From assembly GCA_963779415.1 (NCBI GenBank), contig CAVZYA010000003.1, forward strand, positions 224,001-288,000: 64,000 bases of DNA. The letters run 5' to 3'. The translations under genes and the position numbers were made by a program. The stretch is from an uncultured Acidobacteriota bacterium (GTDB taxonomy: Bacteria > Acidobacteriota > Thermoanaerobaculia > UBA5066). How positions within the stretch are numbered: the first letter of the stretch is position 1; every line of letters starts with the position of its first letter. This document shows positions 9,352 through 19,398 of the stretch, piece by piece. The notes beneath the pieces are model-generated. The model had not been told where the DNA came from and searched no databases. It saw only the letters and a list, made by a program, of their open reading frames with translations.

Positions 9352-12300
9352 TCACTTCTCGTGGAAGAGCCGATCGGCCGGGACCGGCTCGAGCGGCTTG
9401 CCGGGGGCGTCCATCTTCAGCTCCAGGCCGACCATGTACTCGCTCTGGAACCAGCGGAGCTGGACCGGGTGGAGCCCGGGTTTCAGCGCCAGCTCGGCCC
9501 GGCGGCTGATGAAGTCGATCTGGTCGTTGAGGATCGCCCGCTCGCCGTCCACCTTCAGCTCGCTGGCATCCCGGGAACGAAGCGAGAGCGTGTAGAGCCC
9601 CTCGACGGGGATGGAGAGGAACCCCTCGCAGACGAGACCGAAGTGCCCTTTGGGGCGTTCGGCCGGAATGCCGACCTCCTTCATCGTGATCTTCCCCGTC
9701 GGCTTCAGCGCATCGAACTCCGGGAGCTTTCGCCATTCCCCTTCGTAGACCTTGCAGGAAAGGCCCGGGGCGAGCGATGCGGCCGGGACGGCTACGGACG
9801 CGTGCGGCGTCTCCTTCGTCACCTTCGCGGACGCGACGAACCGGTCGTCGAGCCCCGGCGCGAAGGCTCGCGCCTTCACGGTCGCCGTCCTGTCGAGAAC
9901 GAGAGGCCCACGGTAGACCTCCGACGTCGCGCCCGGCTCCGATCCGTCGAGCGTGTACCGGATCGTCGCCCCCGGTGTCGGGGACGTCAGCGTCATCGTC
10001 GTCCTGTCGATGAAGAGCTTCCCGGAGGCGTCGACGTGGACGAGGGTCGCGGTCGCCGGTTCGGTCAGGCTTCCGGCGAGGACGGCGTCGTCGTTCGGAC
10101 CCTTGACCGCGGTGACGGCCAGGATCCGGATCCGGTCGTCCTTCGGAAGCGTCAGCGTCTTCGCGCCGGGAGGAAGGTCGATCCGGAGGCGGAAGAGATG
10201 GGTGTAGACGTACGCCTCGTTTTCGCCGCGGGCGCCGTGCCGATGCGTCCCGACCCAGGCAACCGGGACGTCCTTCACATAAGCCGGGGCTATCTTCGCG
10301 GGATCTTCCTGCCGTTCGCCGCCGACGATGCGGCTGTTCCATTGGCCGACCGGCTCGGCCCAGTCCGGAACGGTGAGCGTCGTCGAGGTTCCGTCCACCT
10401 CGAAGCGGTCCGGCCGGTCGCCCCCCACGGCCGCGGCGAGAAGGTAGAGGCGGCTCCATTCCCCCTTCGGAAGCAGGATCTTCTGGCCGCGGCAGACCAG
10501 GACGTTCGGCTTCCCGGGCTCCTGCGGGCCGGTCCGGAGCGGGATGCCGCCCGAGACCACGGTTGCCGGAAGAAGCTCTCCCGCAATCGAGTGACCCGCG
10601 CCGTCGAAGTCGCCGTCACGGCGTGCCTCGTCGCGGCTGATGCCGTCGAGGTCGTACGGCAGGTCGACCGGCACGACCACGGGAGGAGCCACGGCGGCCG
10701 GCGCCGGCCCGAGCGTCACCGCCAGGGTCCGCGGCCGGTATGGCGCGAAGGAGAGATTCACGACCCCGTTCTTCAGCGCGAGAGCCGGGCGCGACGGCTC
10801 GGCGATGGCTCCCCCGGTGCCGTTCGGACCGAGCGGCTCCTCGGCGCCGTTCAGCTCACGAAGAGCGAGGACCGGCCTCGCGAACCGGAGCGTCACGCCG
10901 TCGACCTTCCTCCCGGAAAGCTCCTGCAGCCGGACGACGATCTCGTCGCTCTCCTCGGCTCTCTTCAGTGCGCGGACGGCTACGGAAGGCTCGCCGGCGC
11001 CAGCCCCTTCGAGCCGAAGAAGCGAAAACGACTTCCCGAGCGCCCCATCGTGCGACGGCGTCTGGAAGGCGAGGAGTGGCTGGTTCAGCCGGTCTCCTTC
11101 CGCGGCCACGCCGCTCCGGAAGTCGCCCGCGTGCCCGGCGACGGCCATCAGGACGTGGTGATGCCCGAGATCGTTCGACCCCTGCTCGGAGATCCAGCTC
11201 CAGCTCGGGATGACGCGCGGGGTGTGGACGAGCGAGAGGCGGAGCGTCCTCTCGTCGGGCCTGTCCCACCCGTGCCGGCTGTCGTTCAGGACCGCGACGC
11301 CGAACGCGCCGCCCGCGTCGGCGAGGTCCGCCCACTGCTGTGCCGGGACCTCGTAGAGGTTCGGCCGGTCCGTCCCCCGTTCGACGGTGCCGAGGCCGAG
11401 GTCGTACGTGGCGTTCCTGTTCGCCGCCGCGAGCGGGAAGGCGGCCTTGAGGAGCGTCCCCTTCGTCCGCCAGTCGACGTCGGTCGCGATCTCGACTCGG
11501 CTCCCCGCGCCGGCGGCCGCGAGCCGGATCCGCTGCGTGAAGGTCGACCCCGCGGCCCTCCGGACGACCTCGAGAGAGACCCGCGCCGGCCCGCTCTCGA
11601 CGACACGGATCGCGGCAGGGCCGGCGACGACCTCGCGCGGAGGCGCCATCAGGGGGGCGTACTCCACCTCCCACGCCGCCCACTTTCGGGGCTCGTCATC
11701 GAAGAGCTGCAGCCGAAGCGGCGCCGAGAGAAGCTCGCGGTTCAGGCTCTTGTCGAAGATCGAGGCCACGTCCCCCGCGTCGTCCAGTGCGACTCGGTAC
11801 CGCGCGTTCTCGAGTCCCTTCGCGCTCACGGAGAGTTCCCCCGCCGCCGGGGGTTTCCTCGAAGGAAGGATGCGAAAGACCGAAAAGGACAGAGAGGGAA
11901 CGTCGGCGAGGAAGACGATCCTGGCCGCCGAGCCGGTCACCCGCTCGATCTGCGCGGGGACGTCTCGTCCGTCAGGACCAATGACCCGCACGCCGTCCGG
12001 AGCTCCGCCTTCGAAGCGTATTTCCCCCTCGACGACGTCCTCTCTGGCAATCCCGAGCGGATTGAAAACGACGAGGGGAATCCCTTCCCCTCTCGTGTCG
12101 AGGACTCGGGATACGGAGCCGGCGGAGGTCGCGAGGACGTCCCCGAACTGGTTCGCCGCGATCGCCTCGTCGTTCCACGAAAAGACGTAGGCCTCGGGGA
12201 TGCTCGTCCCCGTCAGGTCGTCGTGGAACTGGTGCCAGAGGACGCGCGTCCACGCCTGGCGAAGCTCCTCGCGCGGATAGGGCGCCCCACCGAGCCACGA

Positions 12301-13323
12301 CGCGGCCACGGCCGCCCCTTCCGCCGCCGCGGCGAGACGCTGGTTCAGGCGGTTGTACGTCTTCATCGCCGCCTGCGAGGTGTAGCAGCCGGCGCCGTGC
12401 GACGTGAGGAGGAACTCGCCGCGGTACCGCTGAAGGCCCGCGACCCCCTTCCCGTCCTCGCGCGCCATCAGGTCGCGGGCGAGCCGGTCGGGTCCGTCGG
12501 AGAGGACGCGAAGCGGCCCCGGCCCCTGGAGGCTCTTCTCGAGATTCGCGACCGACGCGTCGTTCGGCGCCATCCCGACGTCGCCCGTCCCGAAGTACCG
12601 GAAGGCCGCCGGGAGCCCCGACATCGCCTTTTGCCGGTCGATCGTCGCGTAGACGTCCGGGTCGAGCGTCAGGTTTCCCTTGATCTCCGAGGCGTAGTCG
12701 CCCGGATTGAGCGCCGCGATCAGCGTCGACCCGTCGACCCCCTCCCAGAGGCCGATGTCGAACGGGATCCGGATCGACGAGCCCCACGTCAGCTTCTGCG
12801 TGGAGAAGGCGACGAGGCCGCTGTGCGCCGCGATCGCCGGGAGCGCGAAACCGAAGCCGAAGCAGTCCGGAAGGTAGACGTCGCGCGAGGTCACCCCAAG
12901 CTCGCGCCGGAAAAAGCCGTTGCCGTAGAGCGCCTGCCGGATGAGGGACTCCGGCGAAGGGAGGTTCGTGTCGACGGCGTCCACCCAGCTCCCGGCCACT
13001 TTCCAGCGCCCCGCGCGGACGTACGTCTTGAGCTTCTCCCACTCCGCCGGGTAGTACTCCTTCATGAGGCCGTACCGGAAAGCCCCCTCGAAGCTGAAGA
13101 CGTAGCCCGGGTACTTCTCGAAGAGGGCGAAATTGTCCCGGAGCGTCGCCGGAAGGAAGTCGTCGATCGTCTCCTGCACGGTCCAGCGCCACTGCGTGTC
13201 GAGGTGGGCGGTCGCGACGACGTAGAGTGACCGGTCGGGGGGAGAGGCCGGCGGCGCGTCCGCGGCCGCGAGGGGCCGAAGCGCGGAGAAGAGAAGCACG
13301 ACGAGCGCGAGACGGGATCGCAT
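9352..13323 (-). CDS. Secreted GH38 alpha-mannosidase with C-terminal Fn3-associated and PA14-like domains
   Basis: Signal peptide MRSRLALVVLLFSALRPLAAA; AHLDTQWRW, YLPDCFGF and HQFHDDLTGTS GH38 motifs; IRYTLDGSEP followed by a PA14-like tail. Confidence 0.92.
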   Translation of the reverse strand: MRSRLALVVLLFSALRPLAAADAPPASPPDRSLYVVATAHLDTQWRWTVQETIDDFLPATLRDNFALFEKYPGYVFSFEGAFRYGLMKEYYPAEWEKLKTYVRAGRWKVAGSWVDAVDTNLPSPESLIRQALYGNGFFRRELGVTSRDVYLPDCFGFGFALPAIAAHSGLVAFSTQKLTWGSSIRIPFDIGLWEGVDGSTLIAALNPGDYASEIKGNLTLDPDVYATIDRQKAMSGLPAAFRYFGTGDVGMAPNDASVANLEKSLQGPGPLRVLSDGPDRLARDLMAREDGKGVAGLQRYRGEFLLTSHGAGCYTSQAAMKTYNRLNQRLAAAAEGAAVAASWLGGAPYPREELRQAWTRVLWHQFHDDLTGTSIPEAYVFSWNDEAIAANQFGDVLATSAGSVSRVLDTRGEGIPLVVFNPLGIAREDVVEGEIRFEGGAPDGVRVIGPDGRDVPAQIERVTGSAARIVFLADVPSLSFSVFRILPSRKPPAAGELSVSAKGLENARYRVALDDAGDVASIFDKSLNRELLSAPLRLQLFDDEPRKWAAWEVEYAPLMAPPREVVAGPAAIRVVESGPARVSLEVVRRAAGSTFTQRIRLAAAGAGSRVEIATDVDWRTKGTLLKAAFPLAAANRNATYDLGLGTVERGTDRPNLYEVPAQQWADLADAGGAFGVAVLNDSRHGWDRPDERTLRLSLVHTPRVIPSWSWISEQGSNDLGHHHVLMAVAGHAGDFRSGVAAEGDRLNQPLLAFQTPSHDGALGKSFSLLRLEGAGAGEPSVAVRALKRAEESDEIVVRLQELSGRKVDGVTLRFARPVLALRELNGAEEPLGPNGTGGAIAEPSRPALALKNGVVNLSFAPYRPRTLAVTLGPAPAAVAPPVVVPVDLPYDLDGISRDEARRDGDFDGAGHSIAGELLPATVVSGGIPLRTGPQEPGKPNVLVCRGQKILLPKGEWSRLYLLAAAVGGDRPDRFEVDGTSTTLTVPDWAEPVGQWNSRIVGGERQEDPAKIAPAYVKDVPVAWVGTHRHGARGENEAYVYTHLFRLRIDLPPGAKTLTLPKDDRIRILAVTAVKGPNDDAVLAGSLTEPATATLVHVDASGKLFIDRTTMTLTSPTPGATIRYTLDGSEPGATSEVYRGPLVLDRTATVKARAFAPGLDDRFVASAKVTKETPHASVAVPAASLAPGLSCKVYEGEWRKLPEFDALKPTGKITMKEVGIPAERPKGHFGLVCEGFLSIPVEGLYTLSLRSRDASELKVDGERAILNDQIDFISRRAELALKPGLHPVQLRWFQSEYMVGLELKMDAPGKPLEPVPADRLFHEK

Positions 13324-13355
13324 ACAGGGCTCCCTTCGGAAGTTCCTTCGGTTCC

Positions 13356-15872
13356 TCACGGCGCCGCTTCGCGGATCCGGTCGACGACGAATGCCTCGTC
13401 CGTCGCGGCGAGAAGCGACTCCCGAAAGTCGTCGTTCATCAACCTCCGGGAGAGCGAGGCGATGAGGCGCAGGTGCGCGTCGTCCGCAGCGTCTTCGGCC
13501 ACCGCGATCAGGATCGCCATCCGGACCGGCTCTCCGTCCGCAGAGTCCCATTCGAGAGGGGGTTCGCACCCGAGGACGGCGACTGAAGTGACACGGACGT
13601 CCCGCGATCTCGCGTGCGGGATGGCGACACCGAAGCCGACGGCGGTCGAAGCGGTCGACTCGCGCCGCCAGACGGCTTCCTCGAACCGGTCCGGGTCGGC
13701 GACCCGGTTCGCGACGTGGAGAAGGTCGACCATCTCCCGGATCGCCTCTTCGCGGCTCCGGCTTCGCGCCCGGAGCCGGACCGTCCCGGCGGCGACGAGC
13801 GACCGGTCCCTCTTCGACTCGGCGAAGGCCCGGACGAGCGCCTCCACCTCGGCGGCGCTCTCCTTCGAGAGCGCGTCGTCGAGGAGGGCGCGGCACTCGC
13901 CGAAGCCGGAGCGGGCGAGCGCCGCCTTCACCGCCGGGATGCCCGGGGGCGCGAGGCTGATCTCGTCGAGACCGAGGCCCGCGAGAAGCGGCGCGGCCAG
14001 CGGGCCCCGTCCCATCTCGCCGCAGAGGCCGATCCACCGGCCGACGCGATGCGCGTCGTCGACGATCTGCTTCAGGAGCCGGAGAAACGACGGGTGGAGG
14101 GAGCTGTAGAGGCGCGAGACCCTCTCGTTGTCCCGGTCGGCCGCGAAGAAGTACTGCGCGAGGTCGTTCGAGCCGATCGAGAAGAAGTCGGACTCCTTCG
14201 AGAGAGTCCCGAGCGCGAAAGCCGCCGAAGGGATCTCGATCATGATCCCGACCTCGATTCCGGCATCGTGCGCCACGCCTTCCCGGGCGAGGTCGGCCGA
14301 AAGACGCCGGACGAGCGCGCGCACTTCCCGGATCTCCTCGACCGAGGCGACCATCGGGACCATGATCCTCACCCTTCCGAATGCCGACGCTCGGAGAAAC
14401 GCCCGGATCTGGGCGGAGACGACCTCCCGGTGCTCGCCGTACATCCGGACGGCCCGGTAGCCGAGAAACGGGTTCCGCTCCGCGGCGAGGCCGAGGTACG
14501 GGATCGGCTTGTCGCCGCCGGCGTCGAGCGTCCGGAAGATCACCGGCCTTCCCGCCGCCATCCGGACCGCCTCGGAATAGACGTGCGCCTGCTCTTCCTC
14601 CGAGGGCGCCTGCCGCCGATTCATGAACAGGAACTCGGTCCTGAAGAGACCGATCCCCTCGGCACCGCTCGCCAGCGCGGGACGGACCTCCTCGAGAGAG
14701 GCGACGTTGGCGGCCACCTCGAGGAGCCGGCCGTCGGCGGTCCGGCCGGGTGCCGACCGGAACGCTTCGAGGCGGCTCCGGATCCTGCCGAGCTTCTCCA
14801 TCTCGGCCTCGTAGAAACGGCGGACGGCGGGAGGCGGGTTCACGACGACGAGCCCGCGCTCGCCGTCCACGATGGTCTCGCTTCCCGGAGGAACGGCCGC
14901 GCGGACGTCGCCGAGGCCCGTCACGCACGGAATTCCCGCCGCGCGGGCCAGGATGACGGTGTGCGAAGTGCGGCCCCCCGCGCCGAGGGCGATCCCTTTC
15001 AGGTGTCTCCGGTCGAGGGAGAGAAGGCCGGACGGAGCCAGGTTCTCGGCCACGAGGACGGCGTCCTCGAAGAGGGTCAACGGCGCGTCTGCGGAGTCGC
15101 CGGAGAGAACGCGGACGAGCTGTCCCGCGAGGTCACGCAGGTCGAGGGCCCTCTCCTCGAGGGAGTCGCTTCCCGAAGCCCGGAGGATGCCGGCGAAGTG
15201 CCCGACGGTCACGAGGACGCCGCGCGAGGCCGCCACGCCGTTTACGCGAATCTCGTCCTCGATCCGCGACCGGAACTCGGGATCGTCGAGGATCGAGAGA
15301 TGGGCGGCGAGGATCGCCCGCTCCGTCTCGTTCGCGGCACGGGCCGAGCGCGCCTCGAGCGCCCCGGTCGTCCGGGCGAAGGCGCGATCGAGCTTCGCGA
15401 TCTCATCTTCGGCCGAGATGGCCTCCTCCGAAGAGAAGTCGGAGAAGGCCGCGATGCTCTCCCCGAAGACGGCGCGTCCCCGCGCGATCCCGCCGCTGAC
15501 CGCGACGGCGCGAAGGACGCATTCCCCCGCGGACGCGAGGGCGCGAGGGAGCGCCGAGGTGGCCTCGGGGCCGGGCGGAGCAACCGGGAGAGCCTCTCCG
15601 GAGATCGGAAGGTCGTCGCGAACGAAGCGGCCGAGCGCCTCGGCCGCGGCCTCGTCGTCGGGCCCCTCGACCCGGAGGACGCAGGGGTCTCCCTGCCGCG
15701 TCAGGGTTCCGACGAGCGCCAACGTGCTCTTCGCGTTGGCCGTCCGCCCGCTCCGGAGGTTCACGAACGTCGCCGCGGAGAGAAAGCCGGAGGCCGCGGC
15801 GCGAAGGAGGCTGGCCGGCCGCGCATGGAGACCGCCCGGAAGGGAAAAGGCGAACTCGATCTCTAAAGCCAC
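13356..15872 (-). CDS. ptsP: Multiphosphoryl transfer protein HPr-EI-EIIA(Fru), PtsA/FrwA-like
   Basis: GLHARPA (HPr His), GRTSHTVILAR (EI His), GIGLFRTEF, SIGSNDLAQY, GLCGE and a C-terminal GVAIPH (EIIA His). Confidence 0.95.
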   Translation of the reverse strand: MALEIEFAFSLPGGLHARPASLLRAAASGFLSAATFVNLRSGRTANAKSTLALVGTLTRQGDPCVLRVEGPDDEAAAEALGRFVRDDLPISGEALPVAPPGPEATSALPRALASAGECVLRAVAVSGGIARGRAVFGESIAAFSDFSSEEAISAEDEIAKLDRAFARTTGALEARSARAANETERAILAAHLSILDDPEFRSRIEDEIRVNGVAASRGVLVTVGHFAGILRASGSDSLEERALDLRDLAGQLVRVLSGDSADAPLTLFEDAVLVAENLAPSGLLSLDRRHLKGIALGAGGRTSHTVILARAAGIPCVTGLGDVRAAVPPGSETIVDGERGLVVVNPPPAVRRFYEAEMEKLGRIRSRLEAFRSAPGRTADGRLLEVAANVASLEEVRPALASGAEGIGLFRTEFLFMNRRQAPSEEEQAHVYSEAVRMAAGRPVIFRTLDAGGDKPIPYLGLAAERNPFLGYRAVRMYGEHREVVSAQIRAFLRASAFGRVRIMVPMVASVEEIREVRALVRRLSADLAREGVAHDAGIEVGIMIEIPSAAFALGTLSKESDFFSIGSNDLAQYFFAADRDNERVSRLYSSLHPSFLRLLKQIVDDAHRVGRWIGLCGEMGRGPLAAPLLAGLGLDEISLAPPGIPAVKAALARSGFGECRALLDDALSKESAAEVEALVRAFAESKRDRSLVAAGTVRLRARSRSREEAIREMVDLLHVANRVADPDRFEEAVWRRESTASTAVGFGVAIPHARSRDVRVTSVAVLGCEPPLEWDSADGEPVRMAILIAVAEDAADDAHLRLIASLSRRLMNDDFRESLLAATDEAFVVDRIREAAP

Positions 15873-15885
15873 CAGCGTCCTTCCG

Positions 15886-17220
15886 TCAGCCTCCGAGCCC
15901 CTTGAGAATCCCCTCGGGGTTCCGGATCGCCTCCTGTACGGAGACCTCGACGATCCGCTTGCCGTCGAACCGCTCGCCGTTCCGGACCGGGATCCCGGCG
16001 GCGAGAAGGACGACGTCCGCGAGCCTCACGTCTTCATCCGAGAGGGCGTTCTCGATCCCCATCGCCCCCTGCGTCTCGACCCGGATGGAGTGTCCGAGCT
16101 TCTTCGCGGCCTTCTCGAGGCGCTCGGCCGCCATGTAGGTGTGCGCGATCCCGGTGGGACAGGCGGTGACCGCGACGACCCTCATCCCGCCCTCTCGACC
16201 TTCCTCGCCTGCGACATACGCCTTGAGGCCGTTCATCACCAGCGCCACCGTCAGGGAGCCCGCCGCGATGGCGGCCACGTAGGCCCACCGGCCGTCGACG
16301 ACGGGGAGGACGATCGGCCCGCCGTGCGGAGCGTGGTCCCCGACGCCTCCGAGCATCGCGACGACGGCGCCGATCGCCGAGCCGGCCATGATGGTCGGGA
16401 TGACGCGGACGGGGTCGGCCGCCGCGAACGGGATGGCCCCTTCGGTGATCCCCACCATCCCCATCGCGAGGCCGGCGAGTCCGGCTTCCCGCTCCTCGTC
16501 GCTCCAGAGCGTTCGCGCAAGAAGCGTCGCGAGCCCGAGGCCGATCGGCGGGATGCAGATGGCCGCGGCGCAGGCCCCCATCACCGCGTAGTTCCCCTGC
16601 TGGATCATCGCCGCGCCGAAGAAGAAGGCGACCTTGTTCACCGGCCCGCCCATGTCGAAAGCGATCATGGCGCCGAGGACGAGCGCCAGAAGGACGCTCG
16701 AACCGGTGCTCATCACCTTGAGCCACGAGGAGAGGAACGTCATCGCCGACCGGATCGGGCTTCCGAGGACCTCGTACATGAGCAGACCGACCGCGAGCGA
16801 CGAGACGACCGGAATGACGAGGATCGGCATGACGGGACGGAGGACGGCCGGCACCTTCAGCCTTTTCAGTCCCCGGACGAAGAACCCCGCGAGAAAGCCC
16901 GCGACGAGCCCTCCCAGGAAACCCGCCCCAACCTGGTTCGCGATCGCGCCGCCGACGAATCCCGCCACCAGCCCCGGCCGGTCGGCGATGCCGAAGGCGA
17001 TGTAGCCGCCGAGAACCGGAACGAGAAGCGAAAAGGCCGCCGTCCCGACGTCGAGGACGAGCTTCCAGAACGGAGCGTGCGAGAAGTCGGGCCCCGAGGG
17101 GGTCATCGGGACGAAGGCGATGGCCGCCGCGATCAGGATCCCGCCGCACGCCACGAACGGAATCGCGTACGAGACGCCCGAGAGGAGGTACTGCCTTGTC
17201 CTGCCGAGATCTGCCTGCAC
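15886..17220 (-). CDS. PTS fructose/mannose-family EIIC and EIIB (FrwC/FrwB-like; read as one ORF)
   Basis: FDMGGPVNK and GITEGAIPFAAADP (EIIC); VAVTACPTGIAHTYMAAE and VETQG (EIIB from ATG 16185). GTG 17220 has a GGAGG RBS. Confidence 0.93.
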   Translation of the reverse strand: MQADLGRTRQYLLSGVSYAIPFVACGGILIAAAIAFVPMTPSGPDFSHAPFWKLVLDVGTAAFSLLVPVLGGYIAFGIADRPGLVAGFVGGAIANQVGAGFLGGLVAGFLAGFFVRGLKRLKVPAVLRPVMPILVIPVVSSLAVGLLMYEVLGSPIRSAMTFLSSWLKVMSTGSSVLLALVLGAMIAFDMGGPVNKVAFFFGAAMIQQGNYAVMGACAAAICIPPIGLGLATLLARTLWSDEEREAGLAGLAMGMVGITEGAIPFAAADPVRVIPTIMAGSAIGAVVAMLGGVGDHAPHGGPIVLPVVDGRWAYVAAIAAGSLTVALVMNGLKAYVAGEEGREGGMRVVAVTACPTGIAHTYMAAERLEKAAKKLGHSIRVETQGAMGIENALSDEDVRLADVVLLAAGIPVRNGERFDGKRIVEVSVQEAIRNPEGILKGLGG

Positions 17221-17305
17221 CGGCCCTCCCCGAACGACTCTAGCATCCGGGGGTTGAGGCATTCGCCGGGGTGACGGCGACCTCTTTCGGGGCTAGATTC
17301 CGACC

Positions 17306-18641
17306 ATGAGCACCGTCCTTTCGTCCCCCGTTCTCCACGGCGCGGCGCGCTGGGCCTTCTGGGACTGGTGGGTCGACCGGAAGAGCCGCTGGGTCCGCGA
17401 CGAGGTCCACCAGCTCGACGCCGAAAGGTTCCGGACGATCTCCGTCGGAACGGGGCTCCCTCCGATCTACCAGAAGTCGACCTTCGCCTTCCACAGCGTG
17501 AGGGACGGAGCCGACCGCTTCCTCGGGATGTCGAAGGGGGGAGAGCGCCCGTACGCCCGGATCTACACGCGCCTCGGGAACCCGACGACGGAGTACCTCG
17601 AGCGGGTCCTCTTCCGTCTCGAGGCGCAGCACGTCATCGACAAGGCGCTCGCCGAGGACGAGCGCGAGCCGACCATCGGCTGCCTCATCACGGCGTCGGG
17701 GATGGGGGCGATCTCGGCGCTCATCCTTGCGCTCACGAAGGCAGGCGACGCCGTCCTCGCAGGGAACATCTACGGCTGCACCGACAGCCTCCTCCGGAAC
17801 ATGTCGAAGTTCGGCGTGGAGGCGGTTTTCGTCGACATGGGGAGCGTCTCGCGCCGTCGAGGCGGCCCTCGAGGCGCACCCGAACGTCACGGCCGTCCTC
17901 CTCGAGTCGCCCGAGAACCCGACCCTCCGCCTGGCCGACATCGAGGCGATCTCGCGCCTCACCGAGTCGCGCGGCGTCGCCCTCGTCGTCGACAACACCT
18001 TCTGCTCCCCCTACCTCCAGCAGCCGTTCCGCCTCGGCGCGGACTTCGTCGTCCACTCGCTGACGAAGTTCATCAACGGCCACTCCACGTCCGTCGGAGG
18101 CGCCGTCCTCGGCCCCTTCCGCTTCATGAAGGAGGAGCTCTTCCCCTGGTACAAGGACCTCGGCTCCACGCCGTCCCCTTTCGACTCGTGGCTCGACTCC
18201 ATGTCGGTCCAGAGCCTCGCCGTGAGGCAGGAGGCCGAGAGCGCCTCGGCCGCGCGGATCGCCGACTTCCTCCGCCACCACCCGAAGGTCGCGAGCGTCG
18301 CCTACCCCGGCTTCCCCGACTTCCCGCAGGCCGGGATCGTCCGGAAGCAGATGCGAAACGGTGGCTCGCTCATCAGCTTCGAGGTGAAAGGGGGCGCGCC
18401 GGCCGGCGAGCGGCTGATGAACTACTTCGCCCGGAAGGAGACGCCGATGGAGCTGGCCGTCAGCCTCGGGGCGACCATCAGCTACATCCAGCACCCGGCG
18501 TCGATGACGCACGCCGTCGTCCCGGAGGCCGACCGCCTCGCACGCGGGATCACCCCCGGCCTCATCCGGATCTCGGTCGGCCTCGAAGGACCCGAAATCC
18601 TGATCGAGCACCTCGACCGCGGGCTGAATCTCCCCGCGTGA
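17306..18641 (+). CDS. PLP-dependent trans-sulfuration enzyme, methionine gamma-lyase-like (frameshift near 17850)
   Basis: PPIYQKSTF, YTRLGNPT, ASGMGAI, ESPENPTL, VDNTF, HSLTKFINGH, AVSLG and IRISVGLE. Confidence 0.9.
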
Positions 18642-19109
18642 GCGAGGCAGCTCTCGGCCTCGCCGCCTCGGCGGAGGAGATCGAGACCGCGCGAGACGCT
18701 CTTCCGCGAGTACGAGAAGAGCCTCGGAATCAGCCTCTGCTTCCAGAACTTCGCCGAGGAGGTCGCGACGCTCCCCGGCGCCTACGCGCCCCCCGAGGGC
18801 CGGCTCCTTATCGCCTTCGTCGACGGGCGGCCGGCCGGCTGCGTGGCGCTCCGAAAAATCGGCGAGGGCGTCGCCGAGATGAAGCGCCTCTATGTCCGCC
18901 CCGAATTCCGAGGCATGAAGCTGGGGCGAAGGCTGGCGGAGGCCGTTCTCAACGAGGCCAGGACAATCGGCTACTGCGCCGTCCGCCTCGACACGCTCTC
19001 CACCATGACGGAAGCGCAGGCGCTTTACGTCTCCATGGGCTTCGTCGACATCCCCCCCTACAACGACCACCCGATCGAGGGGACGAGGTTCATGGAGAAG
19101 CGACTCTGA
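18638..19109 (+). CDS. GNAT family N-acetyltransferase (frameshift near 18690)
   Basis: GTG overlaps the upstream TGA; [46 protein letters not shown] and LYVSMGF. Confidence 0.88.
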
Positions 19110-19131
19110 GAGCCGGATTCCCGCGATCCTC

Positions 19132-19169
19132 TTGACGCGGACTCGTTATGACCATATCCTCGTGACCAT
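19132..19169 (+). promoter_or_regulatory. Sigma70-type promoter of the TA operon with TGACCAT direct repeats (putative operator)
   Basis: TTGACG (19132-37), 17-nt spacer, TATCCT (19155-60); ATG 7 nt later. TGACCAT at 19149-55 and 19163-69. Confidence 0.65.
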
Positions 19170-19398
19170 GAGCAGGGCCGCTCGTTCAGTCCCGGCCGGC
19201 GAGTTCAAGGCGAAGTGTCTGGCCCTTCTCGACGAGGTCGCCGAGACGGGTCAGGAGGTCGTCGTGACGAAGCGGGGCCGTGCCGTGGCCCGGGTCGCCC
19301 CGATCGAGCCCGCGAAAGTTCGAAGTCTCAAAGGCAGCGTTCTCAGGGAGACCGACATCGTCAGCCCGCTCGGGGCGGACTGGGACGCCGAACGCTGA
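19168..19398 (+). CDS. Phd/YefM family antitoxin
   Basis: VPAGEFKAKCLALLDEVAETGQEVVVTKRGRAVARVAP, directly upstream of a PIN toxin. Confidence 0.93.
   Translation: MSRAARSVPAGEFKAKCLALLDEVAETGQEVVVTKRGRAVARVAPIEPAKVRSLKGSVLRETDIVSPLGADWDAER

Noticed and set aside
8827-13230. Very long antisense or alternate-frame ORFs (e.g. 8827..13230 +, 59677..62988 -, 23246..25801 -, 48101..50839 +)
   Set aside because: Shadow ORFs expected from high GC and codon bias, lying opposite well-supported genes; Arg/Pro/Gly-rich with no family motifs.
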